Positions 8,379 through 18,193 of a stretch of DNA of 32,743 bases are shown piece after piece. Source of the stretch: Faecousia sp. (GTDB lineage: Bacteria > Bacillota > Clostridia > Oscillospirales > Oscillospiraceae); assembly GCA_045611745.1 (NCBI GenBank), contig JAZKXS010000018.1:1-32743 (forward strand), written 5' to 3'. A program made the translations under genes and the position numbers. Every line of letters starts with the position of its first letter. Positions within the stretch are counted from its first letter, which is position 1. The notes beneath the pieces were generated by a model. The model saw only the letters and a list, made by a program, of their open reading frames with translations. It had not been told where the DNA came from and did no database searches.

Positions 8379-9484
8379 AGCATTTCCTCCTTTACCCGTT
8401 TCCACTGTGTCTTGTAGTCTCGCATCATGTCGCAGCGGTATTGGGGAACTTTATCGAAACATCCACTTTCCGTAATGACCATAGCTGCACAGGCTCGGCA
8501 GATATCTTTAACATTACATGCGGCACATTGTACCGGCAAGTGAATATTACAAACACTTTCTTTTACTGCCTGCCAGGCGTTTAGGAACGGTATCTCAAAT
8601 ACATTGGGGGCTATTTCCTCCGGAAACATACCGCAGGGCATCATCTTCCCCTGCCAGGTGATCCAGAAGCTGCACTTTCCTGCACGGCAGCGGACACCGT
8701 CGCCTTCGCAATTCCCTTCCGGCTCTAAGATCTCCGGCAGCTGTCCTTCCTGTGCCAGGAACCGATCTTTTCCCAGGGTCAGATAATCTGCATAGGCCAT
8801 ATAATATGCTGCGTCAGCAGGGGAGAAGCGATCGTTTGTTCCGGCCAGCGCCGCATCTTTGCGAACAGGCGGAAACATATAGGTAGCCACCTGCAATATC
8901 AGATCGTTTTGTTTGGCAAAATCTGCCATTTCAGGCAAATCTTTTGCGTTGTATGGGGTCAAACTGCAGCTCAGCTTCACCGAGAGCCTGGCTTCCCGCA
9001 GTAGACGAATTGCATTGATGGTTTGGGTAAATCCTTCAGGATTGCCACACAGACGGGCGTAGGTCTCATTGGACGCACCATATAAACTGATGTTGATTCG
9101 TACCGGGGGACAGTTTTTCAGCCAGGCAATTACCGATTCATCGATCATTGTGCCGTTGGAATTTATAGTGATCAAAAAGCCCATTTTATGCAGGCCTTCT
9201 AAAATCTCCCGAAACTGGGGATGCAAAAAGGGTTCGCCACCGGTTATCAGCAGATACAGCATACCTGCATCCTTCGCAGCTTGCGCTAATGTCAACCATT
9301 GCGCAGCTCCTTTTAAAGGCGCAATGGCCTCCTGCGCAGATCGGGACATCCGCACATAACACATTTTGCAATCCATATTGCAGACCGGTGTCAGTTCGAA
9401 TGTTCCGCTTAGTGGAATTCCCGCAGCAGATGCCTTCCGGTATAAATATTCAGTTGCGGCAGGTGCTACAGGAAGGGTATTCAT
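8375..9484 (-). CDS. Radical SAM enzyme with C-terminal SPASM domain (peptide maturase)
   Basis: CNMDCKMC (CxxxCxxC), ITGGEP, NSNGT; SPASM C-x12-G-x4-C and CxxC-x5-CxxC-x18-C. Confidence 0.92.
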   Translation of the reverse strand: MNTLPVAPAATEYLYRKASAAGIPLSGTFELTPVCNMDCKMCYVRMSRSAQEAIAPLKGAAQWLTLAQAAKDAGMLYLLITGGEPFLHPQFREILEGLHKMGFLITINSNGTMIDESVIAWLKNCPPVRINISLYGASNETYARLCGNPEGFTQTINAIRLLREARLSVKLSCSLTPYNAKDLPEMADFAKQNDLILQVATYMFPPVRKDAALAGTNDRFSPADAAYYMAYADYLTLGKDRFLAQEGQLPEILEPEGNCEGDGVRCRAGKCSFWITWQGKMMPCGMFPEEIAPNVFEIPFLNAWQAVKESVCNIHLPVQCAACNVKDICRACAAMVITESGCFDKVPQYRCDMMRDYKTQWKRVKEEML

Positions 9485-10329
9485 AAGCTGAGTCCTTTCT
9501 TTACAAGCAAAGCAGCGCTCTGTTCAGGACGGCACTGCAGCGAGTATATTGGTGTTTCCGCTAATAGCTGCAGGCACAGGTCTGTGGCTTTTGCCACAAA
9601 AGCCTTCTGCCAGTGATGTACAGAAAACTCCGGATAGAGATATCGGAAAGCCTCGCCCTCTGTCAGCCGGCAAAGATGATTTTCCTCGGCTTGTCCCAAC
9701 AGAATGATGGCTGCCAGCGGCCCACAATCGTTTTTATAGATCCCGGAGGTTCCGGCATAGGGGCAGCCGTAAGCGAACCAGTGATCGTGCTCTTTTCTCA
9801 GTGCGGCCCGGTCGCCGTTTATGATGTCTGCGCCCAGAAATGTATGCCAAATATTTGCTTGTGTCGATTTGCCGACCCCGGAAGGACCGGCAAAGGCAAT
9901 GGTCTTGCCTTTATAATTTATAAGTGAAGCATGCAACAGCAAACCTTGATGCTGAAGCAGCAGTGTTTCCATACCAATACGGTTAAAGATTCCGGCAGTA
10001 CCTGTAAAATAAGAAAGATAGTCAGATAGTACACGGATCTCAATATTTCCGTCTTCAAAATGCTCAGTTACTGCAAAGGCCGCCGTCTGGGGTGCGTTGC
10101 AGTGAAAAGTCCGAAGATTGCCCTGGTGGCAATCGTAATATTCCAGCCCACGCCAAACGCCATCATTGGAGAATGAAGGTAGCTGTGTGCATGGGCGCAG
10201 CATAATCATACAGTCTGTTTCTTGGTGGTTTGCGCACAAAAAGGGGAGTATGCTTTCTGAAATACTGATCTCAAAAGGCATACGCAATATGGTGCGCAAT
10301 CCCGCTAGTGTAAAATAGTAATCCTTCAT
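9481..10329 (-). CDS. HprK-related P-loop kinase (peptide kinase / ScmC-like)
   Basis: LLLHAS, Walker A GPSGVGKST, IINGD, YGCPYAG. Confidence 0.75.
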   Translation of the reverse strand: MKDYYFTLAGLRTILRMPFEISISESILPFLCANHQETDCMIMLRPCTQLPSFSNDGVWRGLEYYDCHQGNLRTFHCNAPQTAAFAVTEHFEDGNIEIRVLSDYLSYFTGTAGIFNRIGMETLLLQHQGLLLHASLINYKGKTIAFAGPSGVGKSTQANIWHTFLGADIINGDRAALRKEHDHWFAYGCPYAGTSGIYKNDCGPLAAIILLGQAEENHLCRLTEGEAFRYLYPEFSVHHWQKAFVAKATDLCLQLLAETPIYSLQCRPEQSAALLVKKGLSL

Positions 10330-10343
10330 AAGCTTTCCTTACG

Positions 10344-10373
10344 CCCCCCGCAGACCAATTGGCCTGCGGGGGG
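10344..10373 (-). promoter_or_regulatory. GC-rich stem-loop between precursor and kinase genes, no U tail
   Basis: Minus strand CCCCCCGCAGGCC-AATT-GGTCTGCGGGGGG followed directly by the kinase RBS. Confidence 0.6.
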
Positions 10374-10387
10374 TAAAGTGTGTTGTA

Positions 10388-10639
10388 TTAGGATCGGAAA
10401 ATATAATTTTCCTCACTGGGGTTGTTGTAGCAGCCCAACCCCATATTCGATCCGTCGAGGATGCAGTTTGATCCTGCAATAAACACGGTCATGCCACCGC
10501 CAAGATCCCAAACGCACTTACTGGGATCATTAAAGTTAAGCTGATCCTTGGGGATGTTATCTGCGCAATCCCGGGCAATTGACTGAGCGAGGGAGAATAT
10601 TTCCACTGTCAGAAGGGGTTTTGTATAGTTTGCTTTCAT
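10388..10639 (-). CDS. Putative RiPP precursor peptide (83 aa)
   Basis: RBS GGAGG; leader Y5-T-K-P8-L-L10 (YxxPxL RRE-binding motif); Cys at 25/42/59/70; ends FRS; directly upstream of kinase, rSAM and RRE genes. Confidence 0.8.
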   Translation of the reverse strand: MKANYTKPLLTVEIFSLAQSIARDCADNIPKDQLNFNDPSKCVWDLGGGMTVFIAGSNCILDGSNMGLGCYNNPSEENYIFRS

Positions 10640-10651
10640 ATTCTCGCCTCC

Positions 10652-13600
10652 TTAGTTCTCATCCAGCCACTGGTAAACGGATAAGAACAATGTGCTTGCA
10701 AAAGCCAGGGTTTCCTCTGTGTGTATCTGCACAGGGGACTTTGGCGTTTCTTCTGCGGGTCCATCGAAACCGGAATCGTTTTCCTGTTCCAGCAGTCGTG
10801 TAGAGAAGTTCCGCATCATCACAACAGCCGCTTGCGGCGCCACGGGCAAGACACCACCGTTCGCCACAGGCTCCTGCATATTGGTCGTGCGAAGATTTGT
10901 GATGGACAGAATTGCGCCGTCTGTGTTGCCGTTTTGAATGACAATGTAACCATCTACAGGATTGATGCGGTAATACATATCCGTGGAGTGTGTGATCGTA
11001 ATGGCTGTAGGCTCTTTGGACTGATCGATGCCACTGACATTGGCGATTACTGTACTACCGGTCAAACTCTTCAGGCCCATATAGTAGGTATTGCCTTCCT
11101 CGACTTTCAGCACGATCGCTTGACCTGCGCCGAGATAGACCTCATTCTTAGGACCATATGCTTCAAAGGTGCCGATCTCATAGGTGGGAACTCCCTCACC
11201 AACTGAATCGCCGTCGAGGCCTTGATCGGGCTTGATTTGGTCGATAAATACTGCGCCACCGATATTGGGCTGATCGGCATTGAAGCCGTTGTTCTTGTCG
11301 ATCAGAATGTCACGAACCTCGGTGAAAACAGCATTATTTTCCAATCCGTAAGCATCTTTCACAGTGCTGCTGTAGTAGTTTGTGGTGTTGCCCAAGGGGT
11401 TGTGGATCCGAACACCGTCAATGTAGTATTCGCTACGCACGCCGGTTTCTGCGGTCGCCGATGTTGCGATAAGCTGCAGGGTGTATGTGCCATAGGGAAG
11501 ATCCTTGAAGGCGACTGTGGGAATGTGGTAGTAATCACCGGATGCGGCCAGATTATCCATGGCCAAACTTTTGTAGAGCGTGATAACCTCTTTGCCGTCT
11601 TCTCCTACGGTCTTGCTGCTCAGCACAGCAACCACCATACCGGAGGCGTTGTTGGTGCGGGTGTAGACTTCAACACCGGTGCCGGTAAATGTAAACCGTG
11701 CGGACGCACCTGCGGCATTGGCAAAATGTGCACTACCATCGGTGAAGCTCACATCGTCACCCAGGGAATCTGTCCAACCGTGGACATCGCCGTAGGGAGC
11801 AGATTCCAGATGCTCCGGGATCTCTGTATTGCCGCTGTCCTCACCTACCAAAGACCATGCACCGGTAAAGGTGAAGCCTTCAATGCTGTTTTGGACGGTG
11901 CTTTCGGTGGTAATAAAGGAATCCTCGTAATAAATGTTATTGGCAGGGATTACTGTAACCTTGTTCCACAGGTTGCCGTTCTGGTTGGCATCCTGGGCAA
12001 GAACGGTTTTTCTCCAGGTATTGCCAAACACATAGAATGAATCGTAGCCACCCCAATTCATAGAAGTGGGGGTATAAATGACCTTGCCGTCCTCAATTCG
12101 CACATTGCCGTATTGGGGATTGCCGTAAACGCTATCTTTGGCGTTCTGCAGATTTGGATCATTTACATCAAACCCATTCATACCATTGTTGATGTCAAAG
12201 TCCAAATGGATGGGGGTGGCGTCCTTGCCGTCCTCGTCATCAAAGTACCAGTCGGAAAGAACAAATTCCTTGCCATAGTCCAGCACATACGCCCGTTCCA
12301 CGAAAATGGTAGTGGGCTGATTGAATGCCATCAGCAACTGGCGATTACCACTTTCATCTGCGGGCAGCCACAAGCCGGAGCGTTCGTGGTTGGTAGCGGT
12401 GCTGCGTCCCCACTGAACATCATCCCGTGCCTCCACCGAAGTGATTTCTATCACCATCTTGTAGCCATCATGACCTTCTTTAATATAGTTGTTTTCAAAG
12501 TCATAGCCGGTAATGTCTACAGTATGGGGAGCATCAGCGTCTGTTTCATTTACGTTCTGGCTGTAATTAAAAACAGAGATATAGGGCACGTTTTCACGGG
12601 TAGTCACAGTGCCGTCTTCATTTGTAAAGACCAGATCAGTGGTTTCCTCGGAGCTTACTTCAGGACCTGTTTGGTTTTTCAGCACAAGATCTGCCACTTT
12701 TTCTTTGGTAGCAGACCATTCGATCTGACCGGTAGCGGCATTGTAGTGACCTGCCACCTTATAAGCTGTGATTACCGTATCGGGAGTAAGAACCAGTCCC
12801 TGTCCCATAATGTCCCGAAGTATGGTGTCACCGTGGAGAATGACCTCTGTGGTGATGTTGGAAGTGATCTCCTGCATAACATTGGCAAAATATTGCTTCA
12901 GATCGTGCTCGCTCTCCGTAGTGGAGTAGAAACCGGAGTAGGGTGTTTCTACATAGCCGCCGGGCCGGTAGAGATAGACGGTATTATTGCCAACTTTGCC
13001 ATTGGTAATCGTGGCATCAATGGTAGTGGAAATACGGTAATTCCGGTTATTGTGGGTGTAGTACCAGCAGTTTTGCGCAAACCAACTATTGGAGGTCGTG
13101 GTCACATTACCCCACTTAATGGGATAGTAGGTACTACCCTGCTTGTAGTAGTAGGAACCACCGTCATTGAGCTTAGAACCGTTGGGCGGGGTTATATAGC
13201 CGCCGGTAACCATCACATCGTCCATATCCTTGGCATCGGGATAGTTGGAAGACATTGCGTTCATATAGACTGCTATATCGCTGGTGGAGTCCACGCTTGT
13301 GCTGTGGTACAGTCCGATGGTGTACACATGGGCATCGTAAGTGTTTTTGGTTTCATAGGCCATGGAAATTGCCTGATTGGCGACAGTCTCGTCAAAGCCG
13401 CTGCCACCGGGCTGACCGTCGGTAAAGGCAACCATGATCCGGACACGACCCTCTGCAGGATTTGCAGCAAAGATCTTGTTGGCCATTTCAATACCGTACT
13501 GCACATAAGTACCGCCGTTGGAGCCTAAGCTTTGGGTGGCCTTGATCAGATTGGGGTTGGTACGTCCGGAACCGTTAACACCGAAGGAAACCGGCATCAG

Positions 13601-16600
13601 CGCATCGTGATAGATGTTCAGCTCCGGATCGGCATTCCGAGTTTCGGTACGGGTGTAAATGCTGCTGTGGCCATCTGTGCAGTGGAAGTTGCTTCCGGTG
13701 CCGTAAGCATGGATCTCGCGGCGTTCCAAATCTTTTCTGTGGGTCCAGACATCGGTATGGTAGGTAAAGAACTCCTTAGCGGAGTATAGCTGTTTGTCAC
13801 CGTAGAGCCAAAGGCCACTGGCATTTCGTGTCAGCTCCACAAAGCTGCCCACATCGTTCTTATCGTAGACATAGCCGTAAACCGTGGTACCGTTGAGCAC
13901 TGCCTCTCGGGCTTCTTCCTCGGTGATCAGATGGTGGTAGGTGCTGTGATAGTCCATCAGCAAGTACGCACCATGACTATAGGTATAATAGATGCCGTCT
14001 GCCTGCACAGTGCCGGTATAGGGGGTGTAGTTAAAGCCGGTAACGGGGTAGGGGTGGAAGTCACCGTTGGAGTCGAACACACCGGTGTTGACCCATTCAT
14101 TCAAGGTGCCGCCGGCCAGGGGATAATTCGTGGTGTTACTGTTGGTAGCGCCTGCTGTGGCATTACTTGCGTAGCCCACGATTGCAATTCGGTGATCCAC
14201 CTCATTGTGGCGGCCGTGGTTTGCAACTTCTTCCACGAAGTTATCCACCGCTGCCTGTAAATCGTCCAGATAACCGTCCTGGACAATGGAACCGGACTGA
14301 TCCAGCACCAGAACAATATCCAGCGGTGTATTTTGCAGGATCATGGTGGTGACCGGATTATCCATCGTATAGGTTTCCAAATTAATGGTATAAGTGCCGT
14401 TGTTGGTCAAAATTACGGTTTTATCCAGCTTCAGATTGCTCTCCACCTGGTCCGTATAGCCGTCCTTCACATAATAGAGGGTCAGGATGTTTTTGGTTGC
14501 ATCACTTGTAACAGTTAAGACTACATCCTCGGTCAAACCGTATAGCTTATCTCCAACCTTTGCACCGGCATAGCTATAACCTTCGATACTCAACACACGA
14601 TCGGCAGCATTGATTGTGGAACCAACGACCACATTTTCCCAAACCTCTGCACCACGCAAGGGCTTTTCGGTATTCAGCTCCAAATGGCGTACTGTGTAGG
14701 CTGTGCCCTCCAGTTTTCTCCAAACAGCTGTTAATGTTACATCTTCTGCCAAACCGTCTGCCACAATGATCGTTCCGCCGTCATTGTCAACAACCACACC
14801 TTCGTGGTTGGATTCCCAGCGTTCAAACACATACCCATCCCGGAAGGGAAACGCGGTGATAGTATCACCGTGGCTCCAGGCATGCAGATAGGAGTAATAG
14901 TCTGCACCGTCAATGCCGTCTGTCAAATAGGCGTCCATACCTTGAACGGTCTCATTTTCTCCCAGACCCATATCGAAGATAATCTCGTAGGTTTTCGGGA
15001 TCAGTGTTGCTTTCAGGGGACGAGCCTGTCCGCCACCCGCTGCGCTGTAACGGGAAGCCGGATCGTATTCGATAATAAACGGTGCAGTATCACTGTTGTA
15101 GACCGTTCCGTCAGGCGCAAACACACCGGTTACATTGCCGTAAAGCTTGGTCACATTCATCTGATACTCATATAGTGTGCCGTCGGTATGGTATTGCCAC
15201 ACAGACTCGCTGCTGTTGCCGAAACCTTGGGTAGACAGAGCAATGACCTTGCCGTATGGATCAACGGTATGCTGGGAGATCACATCGTAGTGATGGATAT
15301 CGCCCAGGTCGCGGTACAGGATTTCTGCCAGAGCGCCTGTGGGGCGGAAAGCCTGGCTGATCTGGCTGGCATCCACTTCCATATGCTGCACATAGCTCTC
15401 CGGTGCGTGATCCAGGTAAGCGTAGATCATAGCGATGTAGTCGCCACCGAGAACCGCAGTATACTCCTCCGGGCTGTAGCTAATACCTGCATCCGATTCG
15501 TTATCAAAGGTAGTTTCGTAATTGCGGCCTAACACAACGATCCGGTATTCGGTGTTGTCATATACAATATCAGTGAAGTTATAGTCGCCCAAACCGTCTG
15601 CGCCTAAGTGGCTATAGGTAATGGTGGCTTCGTAGCTGGCCACATCCATATACTGACCGTTGACATATTTTTGCAGAACCACCATAACATTCTCTGCTCT
15701 GTCAACCTCTTTGATGTAGACGGTCTCACCGTTCTGCTGATAGGTGCCGGCTACCGTAATGGTGCCCTGGACAGAGATAGGCCGGCTGTACCTGGCGTTA
15801 TAATACACATCTTCTGTCAGATATGTGCCTGCCAGATTCTGCGCAGGGTTGCCGTCCATATCGTACCAGCCAATGAAGGTATAATTGCTGTTGTTGGAAA
15901 CAGGAATATACTGGCTCAAATCCGGGTAAGTGTACTGATTTTCCAGCACCAGCTGCTGCTTGTTTTCCAGTTTGCCGGCACCTGCATCGAAATAAACAAA
16001 ATAGGGCCAAATATCAATGGTTGCAGTAGGAATGCCGTTTTGCACGGTGCCGTCGTAATAAGCGCCGGGCAAATCGTCACGCTGGGGTTTTGTAGGTGTT
16101 CTACCGCCGTCTTCTACTGTGACTATGGCCTCGTACAGACCGGAACCGTTGGGGGTATAGGTTTCCAGATCGCCGGTAGCGGGAATTATGTGACCGTCCG
16201 GCATCACAAAGGATGTAACTTCGATCCGGTACTCATAGGCATAGTCCTCTCCCAGCGTTGCGGCATCCCAGTATTTCCACACCGGGTAGTAGCCGGTACC
16301 TGTGCCGGTTTCCGGATCAATATATACTGTAGTAGGTGCGCCGCTGCCGGCCTGCTGGGTGATGGTGTGCCAGCCCAGTTCTCCGGCATTGTTATAGCCC
16401 CAGTAGAGAACCTTCACGTTCACAGCTATGGGAAGCAATTTCTTTTCCGCTTCGTCATCCCAGTTGACAACCACATCAAAGGTAAGATCAAAGTTCTCTG
16501 GTGCATATTTGAATTCCACTCGAATGTGCTGATCCTGGTCAGCTTCACCGGTATGGGTAATTGTAACATCATACAGAGGTTTCTGGGTGGAAAGATTATA

Positions 16601-18169
16601 AATCGCCTGGGGTACATTTTGGAAGGTCAATGTGTAAGTCGTTTTATGGTTGACCTCGTCGTAGGTATAGCTGATATGGCTTGCGTCCAACAAAATTTGA
16701 TCCAGAGGCAGATTAACACCGTTCTCTTCCCGCAGGAACTGCAGCAGTGCTTCGTGACGGTTGTCTGCATTGTTGAAACCGTCGCCGCCGTTGTGATCGA
16801 TCACTACCTCTATGGTAACGTCAATATTTTCCTCCCACTGGGCGGTTAATACTGTTTTTTTCGTGAGGTTACTTGTGACGGTTTGACCGGGATAGATCCG
16901 GTTGTTATCCTGATCCAGCCAATATAGGAATGTATAACCCTCCCGGACCGGTATTCCACCTTTGTCCGTTACGTGTGTTGCAACCGGATAAATGATGGTT
17001 TCCGTTGCCGGCTGGCCCTCCCAGGTTATGGTATCTGTTCCTGCGTTTGTGTCATAGCCGACGCTGTAATACTGCAGCTCAACACGACCGTTCTGGTTAT
17101 AAATCGTGATCTGATAACCATCTATCTTTTGCGTACTGCCATCGGCATTCTTAAGCCAAATGTGATAGGCGCCATTTTCTGTTACCATGGCGGTATAAGT
17201 ACCTGCGACACCCTTTGTCAGAGGGATCAGTTCGCCTGTTCCGCCCTCGTCGGTCTGCATCTCGATATAAAGTGTGCTGCCGGCTCCCCAAATATCGTCT
17301 GCATTCGTCTCGGTACCGTTGAGTTTGGTGATGACGGTAGCGGTATATTTGTTTTGCAGATACCACTCGGCATACAGGGTCACATTGGCGTTTCTGATCG
17401 TAATCTTTTCACCGGCATCATAATGGTTACCGGTGCCGTCAGGGGAGGTGTTCCAGCCGTTAAAAATGTAAGTATCGTTACCTACGATTTTCCGCAGGCC
17501 GCCGGTGTTGCCCAGTACAGTATGGACATCACCTGACTTCAAGCCGCTCTCACCGGTAGGCGCACCACCGGAGGTGTTACCGTTGCCGTAATAGTTTACA
17601 GAGTAGGTCGACTTTTTTGTAATCAGACCATCAATATGCCAGGCGCTGTCGCTTCGCTGATACTTAATGACATACCAGACAATGGTATAGTCATCAATGC
17701 TTTCTCCACTGCCCAGGCTGAAGTAGCCGTTATCGATGGCTGTCTGGATGATTTTCTTTTCGGTTTCTGCATTATGGGGCTTGTTGACATCGCCTGCTGC
17801 GCCGTCAACAATGCCGCTGGATGGCAGTAGATAGCGGCTGCCGCCGGTGGTGCTGAATACACCCCAGACGCCACTGGTTCCCTGCACCACATCATTCAGA
17901 ATCGACGGCTCCAAAATATTTTGTGCGCTTTCCGCAAATTTACCGAAACCGCTAGAACCAAAGGAGGCATTCAAATTCAGATAACCGGAAACAGCATGCT
18001 CTGCAGGTTCGCCGGGGAAATTGCTGCCGCCGACATACAGCGCAAGATATACATCGCCGGTCAAGTCCAGCGGTTTACCGGTAGAATCATGGGCGGCAAA
18101 GACATCGATGGGGAACATACCCACCAGCAGGACTGCTGCCAAAAACATACATAATACTCTTTTTTTCAT
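10652..18169 (-). CDS. Large secreted adhesin-like protein with InlB B-type repeats, MucBP-like domain and VWA domain
   Basis: Sec signal ending VFA-A; about four repeats of the Y(I/T/V)FxxW..(V/L)xAxW type; YTVRHLE..IEGYSY..LTLYY; MIDAS DIVLVLDQSGS plus FTDGQP and VYTIG. Confidence 0.85.
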   Translation of the reverse strand: MKKRVLCMFLAAVLLVGMFPIDVFAAHDSTGKPLDLTGDVYLALYVGGSNFPGEPAEHAVSGYLNLNASFGSSGFGKFAESAQNILEPSILNDVVQGTSGVWGVFSTTGGSRYLLPSSGIVDGAAGDVNKPHNAETEKKIIQTAIDNGYFSLGSGESIDDYTIVWYVIKYQRSDSAWHIDGLITKKSTYSVNYYGNGNTSGGAPTGESGLKSGDVHTVLGNTGGLRKIVGNDTYIFNGWNTSPDGTGNHYDAGEKITIRNANVTLYAEWYLQNKYTATVITKLNGTETNADDIWGAGSTLYIEMQTDEGGTGELIPLTKGVAGTYTAMVTENGAYHIWLKNADGSTQKIDGYQITIYNQNGRVELQYYSVGYDTNAGTDTITWEGQPATETIIYPVATHVTDKGGIPVREGYTFLYWLDQDNNRIYPGQTVTSNLTKKTVLTAQWEENIDVTIEVVIDHNGGDGFNNADNRHEALLQFLREENGVNLPLDQILLDASHISYTYDEVNHKTTYTLTFQNVPQAIYNLSTQKPLYDVTITHTGEADQDQHIRVEFKYAPENFDLTFDVVVNWDDEAEKKLLPIAVNVKVLYWGYNNAGELGWHTITQQAGSGAPTTVYIDPETGTGTGYYPVWKYWDAATLGEDYAYEYRIEVTSFVMPDGHIIPATGDLETYTPNGSGLYEAIVTVEDGGRTPTKPQRDDLPGAYYDGTVQNGIPTATIDIWPYFVYFDAGAGKLENKQQLVLENQYTYPDLSQYIPVSNNSNYTFIGWYDMDGNPAQNLAGTYLTEDVYYNARYSRPISVQGTITVAGTYQQNGETVYIKEVDRAENVMVVLQKYVNGQYMDVASYEATITYSHLGADGLGDYNFTDIVYDNTEYRIVVLGRNYETTFDNESDAGISYSPEEYTAVLGGDYIAMIYAYLDHAPESYVQHMEVDASQISQAFRPTGALAEILYRDLGDIHHYDVISQHTVDPYGKVIALSTQGFGNSSESVWQYHTDGTLYEYQMNVTKLYGNVTGVFAPDGTVYNSDTAPFIIEYDPASRYSAAGGGQARPLKATLIPKTYEIIFDMGLGENETVQGMDAYLTDGIDGADYYSYLHAWSHGDTITAFPFRDGYVFERWESNHEGVVVDNDGGTIIVADGLAEDVTLTAVWRKLEGTAYTVRHLELNTEKPLRGAEVWENVVVGSTINAADRVLSIEGYSYAGAKVGDKLYGLTEDVVLTVTSDATKNILTLYYVKDGYTDQVESNLKLDKTVILTNNGTYTINLETYTMDNPVTTMILQNTPLDIVLVLDQSGSIVQDGYLDDLQAAVDNFVEEVANHGRHNEVDHRIAIVGYASNATAGATNSNTTNYPLAGGTLNEWVNTGVFDSNGDFHPYPVTGFNYTPYTGTVQADGIYYTYSHGAYLLMDYHSTYHHLITEEEAREAVLNGTTVYGYVYDKNDVGSFVELTRNASGLWLYGDKQLYSAKEFFTYHTDVWTHRKDLERREIHAYGTGSNFHCTDGHSSIYTRTETRNADPELNIYHDALMPVSFGVNGSGRTNPNLIKATQSLGSNGGTYVQYGIEMANKIFAANPAEGRVRIMVAFTDGQPGGSGFDETVANQAISMAYETKNTYDAHVYTIGLYHSTSVDSTSDIAVYMNAMSSNYPDAKDMDDVMVTGGYITPPNGSKLNDGGSYYYKQGSTYYPIKWGNVTTTSNSWFAQNCWYYTHNNRNYRISTTIDATITNGKVGNNTVYLYRPGGYVETPYSGFYSTTESEHDLKQYFANVMQEITSNITTEVILHGDTILRDIMGQGLVLTPDTVITAYKVAGHYNAATGQIEWSATKEKVADLVLKNQTGPEVSSEETTDLVFTNEDGTVTTRENVPYISVFNYSQNVNETDADAPHTVDITGYDFENNYIKEGHDGYKMVIEITSVEARDDVQWGRSTATNHERSGLWLPADESGNRQLLMAFNQPTTIFVERAYVLDYGKEFVLSDWYFDDEDGKDATPIHLDFDINNGMNGFDVNDPNLQNAKDSVYGNPQYGNVRIEDGKVIYTPTSMNWGGYDSFYVFGNTWRKTVLAQDANQNGNLWNKVTVIPANNIYYEDSFITTESTVQNSIEGFTFTGAWSLVGEDSGNTEIPEHLESAPYGDVHGWTDSLGDDVSFTDGSAHFANAAGASARFTFTGTGVEVYTRTNNASGMVVAVLSSKTVGEDGKEVITLYKSLAMDNLAASGDYYHIPTVAFKDLPYGTYTLQLIATSATAETGVRSEYYIDGVRIHNPLGNTTNYYSSTVKDAYGLENNAVFTEVRDILIDKNNGFNADQPNIGGAVFIDQIKPDQGLDGDSVGEGVPTYEIGTFEAYGPKNEVYLGAGQAIVLKVEEGNTYYMGLKSLTGSTVIANVSGIDQSKEPTAITITHSTDMYYRINPVDGYIVIQNGNTDGAILSITNLRTTNMQEPVANGGVLPVAPQAAVVMMRNFSTRLLEQENDSGFDGPAEETPKSPVQIHTEETLAFASTLFLSVYQWLDEN

Positions 18170-18193
18170 ATTTCCATTCTCCTTTACCGAAAA

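Noticed and set aside
7337-10639. Lasso peptide or PQQ biosynthesis cluster
   Set aside because: No asparagine-synthetase-like cyclase or B2 peptidase; no pqqB/pqqC and no ExxxY PqqA-type peptide; core too long
11222-17536. Long plus-strand ORFs (272, 471, 413, 187 aa)
   Set aside because: Antisense shadows of the adhesin gene with no motifs
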